Shown piece by piece: positions 8,934-17,047 of a stretch of 64,000 nt of DNA (the stretch's first letter is position 1; every line of letters starts with the position of its first letter). The notes below the pieces were generated by a model. That model was not told the origin of the DNA. It saw nothing but the letters and a program-made list of their open reading frames with translations, and ran no database searches. The stretch lies in NCBI GenBank assembly GCA_964017825.1, contig CAXHMA010000007.1:758-64757 (forward strand), read 5' to 3'. Made by a program: the position numbers and the translations under genes. Source of the DNA: an uncultured Alphaproteobacteria bacterium. GTDB taxonomy: Bacteria; Pseudomonadota; Alphaproteobacteria; RF32; CAG-239.

Positions 8934-9911
8934 ATGTTAGAAAAATTACAATACCTGTTCACCCACCACGCCGTCATCTCCCAAGAACTTATGTGGGTCT
9001 GCTTCGGCATTGCCGTAGTCGTGCTGCTGTTTTTGGATCTCTGCGTCTTTAACCGCAAAAACGAAGTCCCGAGTTTTGCGCATACCTTATGGGTCTGCGC
9101 GGCCTATATCGGCGCCGGTTTGCTGTTCGGCGTTTTCGTCTGGTACGAAGAAGGTACCAAAAAAGCAATGGAATATTTCACCGGCTTTCTGGTGGAAAAA
9201 AGCCTGTCCATGGATAACATTTTTGTGATGTCCGTCATCTTTTCAAGTTTGGGCGTCCCGCGCATTTACCAGCACCGCGTCCTGTTCTGGGGCATCTTGG
9301 GTGCAATTGTCATGCGCGCGCTGATGATCGGCGTCGGCGAAGTGCTGATTGCCAACTTCCATTGGGTGCTTTACCTGTTCTCCGCTTTCCTTATTTACAC
9401 CGGTGCCAAAATGGCGCTTGACCATTCCGATGCCGAAGAGGAAGAAGATGAGGAAAAAATCAAAAACAGCCGCATATACAAGACCGTAGAGAAATATTTT
9501 CCCGTCACGCATGAAATTGACGGCCCGCATTTCATCACCAGGAAAAACGGCAAACACTATATCACGCCGCTGTTGTTCGCCCTCATCACGATTGAGATTA
9601 TGGACGTCGTTTTCGCGCTGGACAGCATACCGGCCATCTTCCTCTTAACCGATGACGTGTTCATTGTCTACACCAGCAACATCTTTGCCATTTTGGGATT
9701 AAGGGCTCTGTACTTCTTACTTGAAGCCGCCGTGCACAAATTCGTTTACTTAAAACATGCACTCTCTATCGTACTCATCTTCATCGGCGCCAAAATCTTT
9801 CTGCCGTGGATCGGGATTGAGCTGCAGACATGGCATTCGCTGACAGTCACCTTCACGCTGTTGCTCGGAAGCGTCATGCTCTCCATGTTAAAGGAAAACA
9901 AAAAAGCTTAA
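8934..9911 (+). CDS. TerC-family integral membrane protein
   Basis: 325 aa, multi-TM, with TerC signature segments (EKSLSMDNIFV, ALDSIPAIF) and an acidic central loop. Confidence 0.85.
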   Translation: MLEKLQYLFTHHAVISQELMWVCFGIAVVVLLFLDLCVFNRKNEVPSFAHTLWVCAAYIGAGLLFGVFVWYEEGTKKAMEYFTGFLVEKSLSMDNIFVMSVIFSSLGVPRIYQHRVLFWGILGAIVMRALMIGVGEVLIANFHWVLYLFSAFLIYTGAKMALDHSDAEEEEDEEKIKNSRIYKTVEKYFPVTHEIDGPHFITRKNGKHYITPLLFALITIEIMDVVFALDSIPAIFLLTDDVFIVYTSNIFAILGLRALYFLLEAAVHKFVYLKHALSIVLIFIGAKIFLPWIGIELQTWHSLTVTFTLLLGSVMLSMLKENKKA

Positions 9912-9915
9912 ACCG

Positions 9916-9937
9916 GAGGGGCGTCTGCCCCTCTTTT
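9916..9937 (+). terminator. rho-independent terminator after the TerC gene
   Basis: Stem gaggggc/gcccctc with loop gtct, followed by TTTT. Confidence 0.6.
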
Positions 9938-9954
9938 GCGCTGAAAGACCGGAT

Positions 9955-11433
9955 ATGAAAATCGCAAAGCTCTCTCAACTGACCTATATCTACCTTGCCC
10001 TGCCGTTGTTTATCTTTATTGTCAGCTGGTTGGACGCCGCGTTTGCCGTTTTGTTCGCGCTTCTTTTTGCCGTCGGATTTTATAAAGCTTTTCCGAAAGC
10101 CGAAGAAAACGAAGAAACTGTTTGCAGCAGACGCAGCTTGGTGATAATGGCGGGAATTGCCGTCATCTGGTGTTTCTTTGCCGGCATCGGCTATTTCTGG
10201 TACCAGTCGTTTGATTACCATTTCCGCAATGCCGTCTTCCGCGATTTGATTAATTATGAGTGGCCGGTATTTTACGATAAGGCCGATACGCCGCTGGTTT
10301 ACTATATGGCGTTTTGGCTTGTTCCCGCCGCGCTGGCCAAAGCATTCGGCATGCTCATCCATAACGCTTCCACGCTTTTTTATCTCGGCAATATTTTCCT
10401 GTTTATCTGGGCAGCCTGCGGCGTCACCCTTGTTTTCGCCCATCTGGCGCGCGCGCTTAAAATCCAAACTGCCAAACAAACCCTGATCGCCGTCATTTTG
10501 TTCATACTCTTCTCCGGGCTGGATATCATCGGGCAGAAGTATTTCGCCATTCAAAAGCCGCCGTTTGAGTATCATTTTGAATGGTGGGCAGCGTTTATTC
10601 AATATTCTTCTATCACAACCGGCATGTTCTGGGTCTTTAACCAGTTTATCCCCGCCGCCTTGCTGACCCTGCTCGTTTACAACGAACGCCGTATCAGCAA
10701 TTTTGCGTTTTTAATCGCTTTGGCATTGTTCTTCGCTCCCTACCCCGCATTCGGCATCGGCGTCTTTATGCTTGCATATACCGTCTCCCGATTCTGCCGG
10801 AACTCAAACAAACCCGCCTTTGTCGCCGGCGAAATATTTTCCGTCCCGAACCTCATCGGCGCTTTCTGGCTGTTGCCGCTTGTCGTGCTCTATTTCATCA
10901 CCAATTCCGAAGGCATTGACCGCTGGCATTATATTTTTGATTACACGACGCCGGCAAGATTGTTTCTTTTCATGTTGCTGGAATTTCTTCTTTATGCCGC
11001 AATCCTCTTCCCGCAGTATTGTCGCAATATTTTCTTCCAAACCATGCTGGGCTCACTCGTCCTAATTCCTTTTCTGCGGCTGGATCAGCAAAACAATTTC
11101 TGTATGCGCGCCGGTATGCCGGCAATCATTATGCTTGCCGTCTTCACGCTCCGTTTCCTTTTTGAATACCGCCGCACCCGCCCGCTGCAGACCGCGGCGC
11201 TGTGCATTTTGCTTGCCGTCGGTGCCATGACGCCGCTAATGGAATTTTACCGCGGCCTGCATTATACAACCGAAGCCCGTAAACCGGCACTCGTTAAAGA
11301 CGAAATCCGTACGCTTAACGCCGCGTTTATCCCCATGCCCGAGTTCGGTTGGGATGTCAACCACCAATTCACCGCCCGAAATTATCGCACCGATATTTTC
11401 TGGCAGTATATCGCTCCTGTCGGCAAGCGCTGA
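9955..11433 (+). CDS. large polytopic membrane protein, unknown function
   Basis: 492-aa ORF with about 12 or more hydrophobic segments. It may be a glycosyltransferase- or polymerase-like membrane enzyme, but no motif was recognised. Confidence 0.6.
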   Translation: MKIAKLSQLTYIYLALPLFIFIVSWLDAAFAVLFALLFAVGFYKAFPKAEENEETVCSRRSLVIMAGIAVIWCFFAGIGYFWYQSFDYHFRNAVFRDLINYEWPVFYDKADTPLVYYMAFWLVPAALAKAFGMLIHNASTLFYLGNIFLFIWAACGVTLVFAHLARALKIQTAKQTLIAVILFILFSGLDIIGQKYFAIQKPPFEYHFEWWAAFIQYSSITTGMFWVFNQFIPAALLTLLVYNERRISNFAFLIALALFFAPYPAFGIGVFMLAYTVSRFCRNSNKPAFVAGEIFSVPNLIGAFWLLPLVVLYFITNSEGIDRWHYIFDYTTPARLFLFMLLEFLLYAAILFPQYCRNIFFQTMLGSLVLIPFLRLDQQNNFCMRAGMPAIIMLAVFTLRFLFEYRRTRPLQTAALCILLAVGAMTPLMEFYRGLHYTTEARKPALVKDEIRTLNAAFIPMPEFGWDVNHQFTARNYRTDIFWQYIAPVGKR

Positions 11434-11521
11434 TTTCTTCGGCTCATAAGTCTTAAAAAGCTGTTGACTTTACATATATATTATGGATACTTGCAGAAAG
11501 ATTGATTTGATAGAGGTAAAA

Positions 11522-12052
11522 ATGGCTGTTATACTGGTTTTAATGTTTTGCATGTTTAGTCTTAAAGCATATGCCAACCCGGCCTGCGCCGTGTGTACGG
11601 TGGCAATCGGCGCTTCGTTGGAAATTGCCCGCCGCATGGGTGTAGACGATGCGGTTGTCGGTGTCTGGGCCGGCGCCTTTCTGCTGATTTTGGGCTATTG
11701 GGCCAACCGCTGGTTTGATAAAAAGGGCTGGAACTTCAAAGGCCGTGAAACTTTGGTGCTTGCCTCGTCGGTACTGATGATTTTATTCATCTATGTATCG
11801 CAGCTCGCCTACACGCCGAAAGCCATTCTCGTATTTTGGCTTGACCCGTTTTTGTTTGCGGCACTCTGCGGCGCGCTCACCTTCCATTATACCATGAATT
11901 TTTATCAATGGATGAAAGCCCGCAACGGCGGACACGCACATTTCCCGTTTGAAAAAGTTGTTTTGCCATTCGGTGCCGTAGCATTGGTCGCCTGGTGGTT
12001 CGGCAAAATCCAGTTATGCGCACCTGCCCTGCCCGATTTGAGCGGTTTATAA
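11522..12052 (+). CDS. membrane protein, unknown function
   Basis: ATG 11522 follows an agagg SD. The product has a signal-like N-terminus (MAVILVLMFCMFSLKAYA) and several TM segments. Confidence 0.5.
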   Translation: MAVILVLMFCMFSLKAYANPACAVCTVAIGASLEIARRMGVDDAVVGVWAGAFLLILGYWANRWFDKKGWNFKGRETLVLASSVLMILFIYVSQLAYTPKAILVFWLDPFLFAALCGALTFHYTMNFYQWMKARNGGHAHFPFEKVVLPFGAVALVAWWFGKIQLCAPALPDLSGL

Positions 12053-12071
12053 AATTTTAGGAGAATATGAG

Positions 12072-12668
12072 ATGAAAAAAGCAGAAAACGTTAAAGAATT
12101 TGTCGAACGCATTGACGCCACAAAGAAAGTCAACCCGAAAGACTTGTCGTCCGACCAGGATTTGACGATTGCAATCATGAACCTGATTTCCATTGAGGAG
12201 CATTTGGTGTTCTCCGGCGCCAAAACAGGCAAAACCTCGTTTTATGATTTGATTGAAGACGTGCGCGAAACCCGCAAGAAACTCATGCTCAAAATCATTC
12301 CAAGCTATGAAGGTGAAGTCTGGTGCATTTCCAAACACCTTTTAGCCTCGTCCATGCGCCTCATGGAAGTCGGCACCAAACAGCAGAGTTTGGGCAATAA
12401 AGAACAGGCTTATGATTTGTTTAACAAAGCGTATGATTTATATTGCCTGTTCTGGGGTTTGAATATGAATATGCTCAACGTTTCCGAGATGAAATGGCTT
12501 GAAGACAGCGCCGAAGACATTAAGAAAATCAGCGAGAAAATCAATGCCGCCGCGCCCTTGGCAACAGCTGCCGAAGCTGAAATTGACACGCCGGCAGACG
12601 AACCGAAAACCGCTTTTGCCAAAATGAAAGCCTTCGTGCGCAAAGCCGTTGACTGCTGCATTGAGTAA
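12072..12668 (+). CDS. hypothetical soluble protein
   Basis: 198-aa ORF after an aggag SD, with host-like base composition. No family recognised. Confidence 0.5.
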   Translation: MKKAENVKEFVERIDATKKVNPKDLSSDQDLTIAIMNLISIEEHLVFSGAKTGKTSFYDLIEDVRETRKKLMLKIIPSYEGEVWCISKHLLASSMRLMEVGTKQQSLGNKEQAYDLFNKAYDLYCLFWGLNMNMLNVSEMKWLEDSAEDIKKISEKINAAAPLATAAEAEIDTPADEPKTAFAKMKAFVRKAVDCCIE

Positions 12669-12794
12669 CACATTAATCGGTAACCCGCGAAGAATACATC
12701 ATTTCTGACCTTTTTTTGAACTGCGACCGGTAGAATTTGCGCTTTTAAAGCACATTCTTACACCGGATAAGAATATTTATTTTTCCGAAATTTG

Positions 12795-12823
12795 TTGATA
12801 AAAGATAAAACATATGCTAATAT
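12795..12823 (+). promoter_or_regulatory. candidate sigma70 promoter for the first island gene
   Basis: TTGATA (12795-12800), a 17-nt spacer, then TAATAT (12818-12823), about 50 nt upstream of ATG 12871. Confidence 0.35.
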
Positions 12824-12870
12824 TTTATCATATCCTGACTGAAAGATAATTTTTTAATGAGGAAACCGCG

Positions 12871-13389
12871 ATGTCAACAATTTGTTACGAAATAGATAAA
12901 GATTCAAAAGCAATGTTAATGGAAAAATTTCCGCCTAAATATCCGGAAGCCAAATACGACCATATTACCATTTGTATGGGAGGGCTCGGAGCTCAAAAAC
13001 CTGAACCGGCAGAAAAGATTGAGGTCGTCGGAACGGCAGACGATGGCAACGGAATAGAAGTTCTTATTGTTAAAGTTAATGATACGGCCCTGCGTAAAGA
13101 CGGAAAACCCTGGCATGTAACAGGAAGCTATGATCCGTCTAAAAATGCACCTGCCGCATTTGATGTTTTTGCCAAACCGGGCAAAGAAAAGGAAAAACCA
13201 TACAGACCCGCAACCTCAAACGGTTTTTTGGCGCAAGTCTTGGATAAAGACGGACACCCCAAAGCAACAGGCAATCCTGATTGGAAAGTTGAAATGTTTG
13301 ATAAACCGATTGAAATTCATACGCACCCGAAAGTGCAGTACGATGTCATGGAATTAAATAAAATGAAAGAAAAAGGAATATCATTTTAA
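12871..13389 (+). CDS. 2H-phosphoesterase-like protein (two HxTx motifs)
   Basis: 172 aa after an SD-like gaggaa. It has DHITIC and WHVTGS, i.e. two H-x-T-x tetrapeptides as in the LigT / cyclic phosphodiesterase superfamily. The assignment rests on motifs only. Confidence 0.5.
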   Translation: MSTICYEIDKDSKAMLMEKFPPKYPEAKYDHITICMGGLGAQKPEPAEKIEVVGTADDGNGIEVLIVKVNDTALRKDGKPWHVTGSYDPSKNAPAAFDVFAKPGKEKEKPYRPATSNGFLAQVLDKDGHPKATGNPDWKVEMFDKPIEIHTHPKVQYDVMELNKMKEKGISF

Positions 13390-13488
13390 CATTTTATTTA
13401 GAAAATATAAGGCAAAAAGAAATGTAGTATCTTATGCATAAATAATGAATTAACCTTATTTTGATGGAATATCGGCAGGAGAGTTAAA

Positions 13489-13842
13489 ATGACTCGGAAT
13501 AAAGAAATAAAATGCACGGAGACATTTAACGTATTTTGGAAAAAATATGCCGTCGGTAATTTATATATCACTGAAAATGAGGAATATATATTCAAATATA
13601 ATTTAGAAAACGTTGAAAAAGCTAAAAAAGAAGGCTTCACCTACATAATCGGTTTTAAGGATATCAATGAAGAATACAGGTCAGAAAAACTGTTTCCTTT
13701 CTTTTCATCAAGAATTCCGTCTGCAAACAGACATAACCTGCAAAGTATTTTGCGGGATTTAAATATTGAAGAATATAACGAGTGCCGACTCTTGAAAAAG
13801 ACCGGAGGAAAACTTTTCACTGACAATTATGAAGTAAGATAA
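13489..13842 (+). CDS. HipS-like protein (stand-alone HipA N-terminal subdomain)
   Basis: 117 aa after an SD ggagag. It is colinear with the first ~100 aa of HipA: VGNLY...YIFKY, LFPFFSSRIPS (cf. FNFFDNLLPD) and LLKKTGGKLFTDNYEV. Confidence 0.65.
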   Translation: MTRNKEIKCTETFNVFWKKYAVGNLYITENEEYIFKYNLENVEKAKKEGFTYIIGFKDINEEYRSEKLFPFFSSRIPSANRHNLQSILRDLNIEEYNECRLLKKTGGKLFTDNYEVR

Positions 13843-13862
13843 AATTCAGCCGGAGATATTAC

Positions 13863-16388
13863 ATGATAGATGTAAGCGATTATGAAAAAATAGATGATGA
13901 AAACAGAGGCGTTAACGAAAAACTCTGGATAAATGTTGAAGGGCGGCCGGCATTGTTCAAAAGAACTCAGATAAGAGATAACGGGACCCATACAAATGCA
14001 CATTACGGAGAAGCTTTTGTTTCTCAAATGTGCCGCCTGCTTGATTATAAATGTGCTGAAGTTGAAATTGCCCAAAGAAACGGAGAAATAGGTTGTATAA
14101 GCTATAGCTTCTTAAAAGAAGATGATGAATTGGTTGATTTTGTATCTTTGCTTCAAAATATCAGACCGTCATTTGATTCTAAAAAAATGTTGGTTCCGGA
14201 AACAAATGAAACTTATTCAATTCCTTTAATTTTAGAAGCCTTGGAAGAAGAAACAAGTTCAGAAGAAGAATTCAAAAACCTGAAAAGAGATTTTTTAAAA
14301 AGCTGCATAATAGATTCATTAATAGAACATTATGACAGAAATCCGTCTAATATCTCTGTCATACGAAACAACGGGCATATCACATTATCCCCTATGTTTG
14401 ATAACGGCACTTCCCTGAATCTTTCAATCCCCGCAGATGTAATTAAAGAACACGAAAATGATGAAAAATGGTCTAAACTGCTCAGAGAAAAAAACAGATC
14501 AAAAATTGGCGTTGAAGGAGAAAAATACAGCAGTTATGATAAACTTCTGGACTATATTTTAAGCAACTGTTACGAAGATGTTGCAGATTTTATAAGCGTC
14601 ATACAAGAGAAACTTACCAAAGAAAATATTGCCCGAATATTAGAACATGATGATTATGCTGACATGGATAATGTTTTCAAAGAGTTAATTATTAAAAAGA
14701 TTACCGATAATGTAAGAGATTTAGCAGAAAAAAGTAAGGAATATGAAAATAAATATACCGTTGAACAATATATGAAAACCCCGAATACATATGAATATTT
14801 AAAGGAAAAAGTTAAAACCCGGGATTTGCAAATCATTATTCCTGAAATAAACGCCTGTATCGATTGCCCTCAAAGAAACCCCTATCATATCTATTCTGTC
14901 AGTGATTATATGTTCCGCTGCATTGAACAAATAAACAATATAGAAGAAATTGCACGGGAAAACGGAATAGAATTAAAAATTTCCGATAAAAATAAAAGTT
15001 TAATACAATGGGCTGTCTTGTTTAACGAATTGGGAAAACCGCACGCAAGAGAAGAAATCGGTGATGCTGACGGAAATATAAGAGATACATTCAGAAATTA
15101 TAGTGAATACGGAGAAGAAATAGCTAAAAATTTAATGGAAAGATTAAATTTTTATGAAACAGATAAAAAAATTGTAACAGCATTAATATCTTCTCATCAG
15201 AGAAGATCTTTAGAGACGGATAACCCGATAAAAAAATTAATAAATGAAATCGGAGAAAGAAATATAGATTTATATTTCGGAATGAAATTAGCTGAAATAA
15301 AATCTAAAAATCCCGAAATAGAAAAGGAAGCACTGTTAAAATTAAAAATTTTAAAGGAAAGAATAGATAAAACAATAGCTGATGATAATAGAGAAATTAT
15401 TAAAGTATTGCCTTTTAACGGGGAACAAATGAAAAAATTAGGATTGCAGGGACGGCAAATCGGAGAAATTTTTAACTTATTGGCACGGTTTGTAAAATCT
15501 AATCCTGATATATATGCTTACTATAAATCAAGAGGACATCTGCAAAAATATAAGAAAAATATTGCCAGACTGTCTCAAGAATATGCAAAAGAGATAAAAA
15601 ACAGAGAAAAACGCAAACAAAAGGAGGCCAAAATGGAAAAAGTGGAACTAATTCCGACAAATGAAACCTCGGAGTATTATCGAGAACATGTTGCCGGTCG
15701 TCATGGTAAAGGTTCAACGGCTATCGGTTCAAAACTGTTAGATGATGTTTCCGATGATTATATACTTGAGGTGTTAAGCAAAACAGATAACGCATATCAA
15801 GAAGCTATCGACGAAAAAGGAAAACCCGGAAGAATGGTTTTTGCGGTTCAAGCGGACAGACCTATCGGAACAAATGCCTTACTGCCCAAAGAGAATTTAG
15901 ATAATAATTCTGTTTTTTCAACAACAAGAGATATTGGAACAAGAGGAGAAGCACAAGTATTGGTTGCGCTTATCTCAAAAGATGAAATGCCTAAGACAAA
16001 TATAGCCCATGTTATTATGGGACATTACGGTCCGACAGGAAAAGCCGGTATTTACACAATGATTTGCGGTGATGAAGGTATGCCTATGCCGAGAGCTGTT
16101 GATGAAAATACGCCTCCGGAAGCTGTCAGATTTAATGAAGAATGTCAAAAATACTGGGATAGTCATGTTTTTTTGATTACACCTGAGGAATTAAAGGCAA
16201 ATATTGCACAATTGCAGGCTAACGGGATATCTGCAACCAAACAAGAATTGTTTTTAAGAGCCTTTGAGGCAAAAGGAGAAAAATCTCCGATTGCAAAACC
16301 ATATCAAGCATATGTTTCTCCCAATGCTGTTAAATTGCAGGTAAAGTCTTCTAAAAATTTTGTTGCAGCAAAAGACGGCCGTGAGTAA
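13863..16388 (+). CDS. HipT/HipA-like Ser/Thr kinase fused to a degenerate CCA-adding-enzyme HD/tail module and an unknown C-terminal domain
   Basis: 841 aa.
- **Residues ~1-300 (kinase):** HipA-core motifs GVNEKLW..ALFK, HYDRNPSNIS and SPMFDNGTS.
- **Residues ~325-590:** colinear with the HD and tail region of class II tRNA nucleotidyltransferases (NPYHIYSVSDY, LFNELGKPHA, LISSHQRR, VLPFNGEQMKKLGLQGRQIGEIF), with HD replaced by NE.
- **Residues ~591-841:** unassigned. Confidence 0.7.
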   Translation: MIDVSDYEKIDDENRGVNEKLWINVEGRPALFKRTQIRDNGTHTNAHYGEAFVSQMCRLLDYKCAEVEIAQRNGEIGCISYSFLKEDDELVDFVSLLQNIRPSFDSKKMLVPETNETYSIPLILEALEEETSSEEEFKNLKRDFLKSCIIDSLIEHYDRNPSNISVIRNNGHITLSPMFDNGTSLNLSIPADVIKEHENDEKWSKLLREKNRSKIGVEGEKYSSYDKLLDYILSNCYEDVADFISVIQEKLTKENIARILEHDDYADMDNVFKELIIKKITDNVRDLAEKSKEYENKYTVEQYMKTPNTYEYLKEKVKTRDLQIIIPEINACIDCPQRNPYHIYSVSDYMFRCIEQINNIEEIARENGIELKISDKNKSLIQWAVLFNELGKPHAREEIGDADGNIRDTFRNYSEYGEEIAKNLMERLNFYETDKKIVTALISSHQRRSLETDNPIKKLINEIGERNIDLYFGMKLAEIKSKNPEIEKEALLKLKILKERIDKTIADDNREIIKVLPFNGEQMKKLGLQGRQIGEIFNLLARFVKSNPDIYAYYKSRGHLQKYKKNIARLSQEYAKEIKNREKRKQKEAKMEKVELIPTNETSEYYREHVAGRHGKGSTAIGSKLLDDVSDDYILEVLSKTDNAYQEAIDEKGKPGRMVFAVQADRPIGTNALLPKENLDNNSVFSTTRDIGTRGEAQVLVALISKDEMPKTNIAHVIMGHYGPTGKAGIYTMICGDEGMPMPRAVDENTPPEAVRFNEECQKYWDSHVFLITPEELKANIAQLQANGISATKQELFLRAFEAKGEKSPIAKPYQAYVSPNAVKLQVKSSKNFVAAKDGRE

Positions 16389-16446
16389 GACGCAAAAGTA
16401 CTAAAAATGTGAAGCAATTCGCAAGTTCAGATAAGACTTCATGGGC

Positions 16447-16653
16447 TCAGCCCGAATACGCATGAAAGAATTCTTTTTTCTTGTGTTCTTTATTTGTATG
16501 CCGTTCAACACCGCGATAAACACTGTGCATAATCTTTTCTGCTTGCTTATAATTCCCTGTTTCATAAGCGGCATAACATTTAAACGGACTAGGCTCCTCT
16601 GTTTCGCGGTCTAAATGTTTTATCGTTGGGATATATTTTTTGTTATATCAATT
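16447..16653 (-). pseudogene. remnant of a GIY-YIG / T5orf172-like gene
   Basis: The reverse strand reads ...PFKCYAAYETGNYKQAEKIMHSVYRGVERHTNKE..KEFFHAYSG*. This resembles the C-terminal half of T5orf172-type domains. There is no start codon, and the upstream sequence is broken by stops. Confidence 0.3.
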
Positions 16654-17047
16654 TAAAACGTCTTCCCGAAACATGGGATTGATTAAAATATATATAATTA
16701 CACGTTCTTTAGCTATTTAACGAGCCTTTCTTTTTATACCTTTTTTCCAATTATGCTTTGTTTAAACTATTATAAATTTCATCTACAAAAATACCCATTC
16801 CTCGTTAATCTTTGCTTAATTTCAAAAAATGAACTTCAATTTTTCTTTGTTTACGCACATCATCTAAAACAAGCGTATCTTTGTATGATCTTTGCAATCG
16901 GTCAATAACATTTTCTTAGTAGTTTTATAAAGAGTTTTAGTGATTAGCGGCCTTTCGCAACAATCGTCTATTATCTTCTAATTATTTCTTGCAAAAAAAC
17001 ACTATCAGAGATAGTATTCAACTAAATTGAGCAGAAAGAACATTAAA

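Noticed and set aside
12651-12668. C-terminal CCIE of the 198-aa protein as a CaaX-type prenylation box (a host-lipidated effector)
   Set aside because: The second and fourth positions (Cys, Glu) do not fit the usual aliphatic and terminal residue preferences, and a single tetrapeptide is insufficient evidence.
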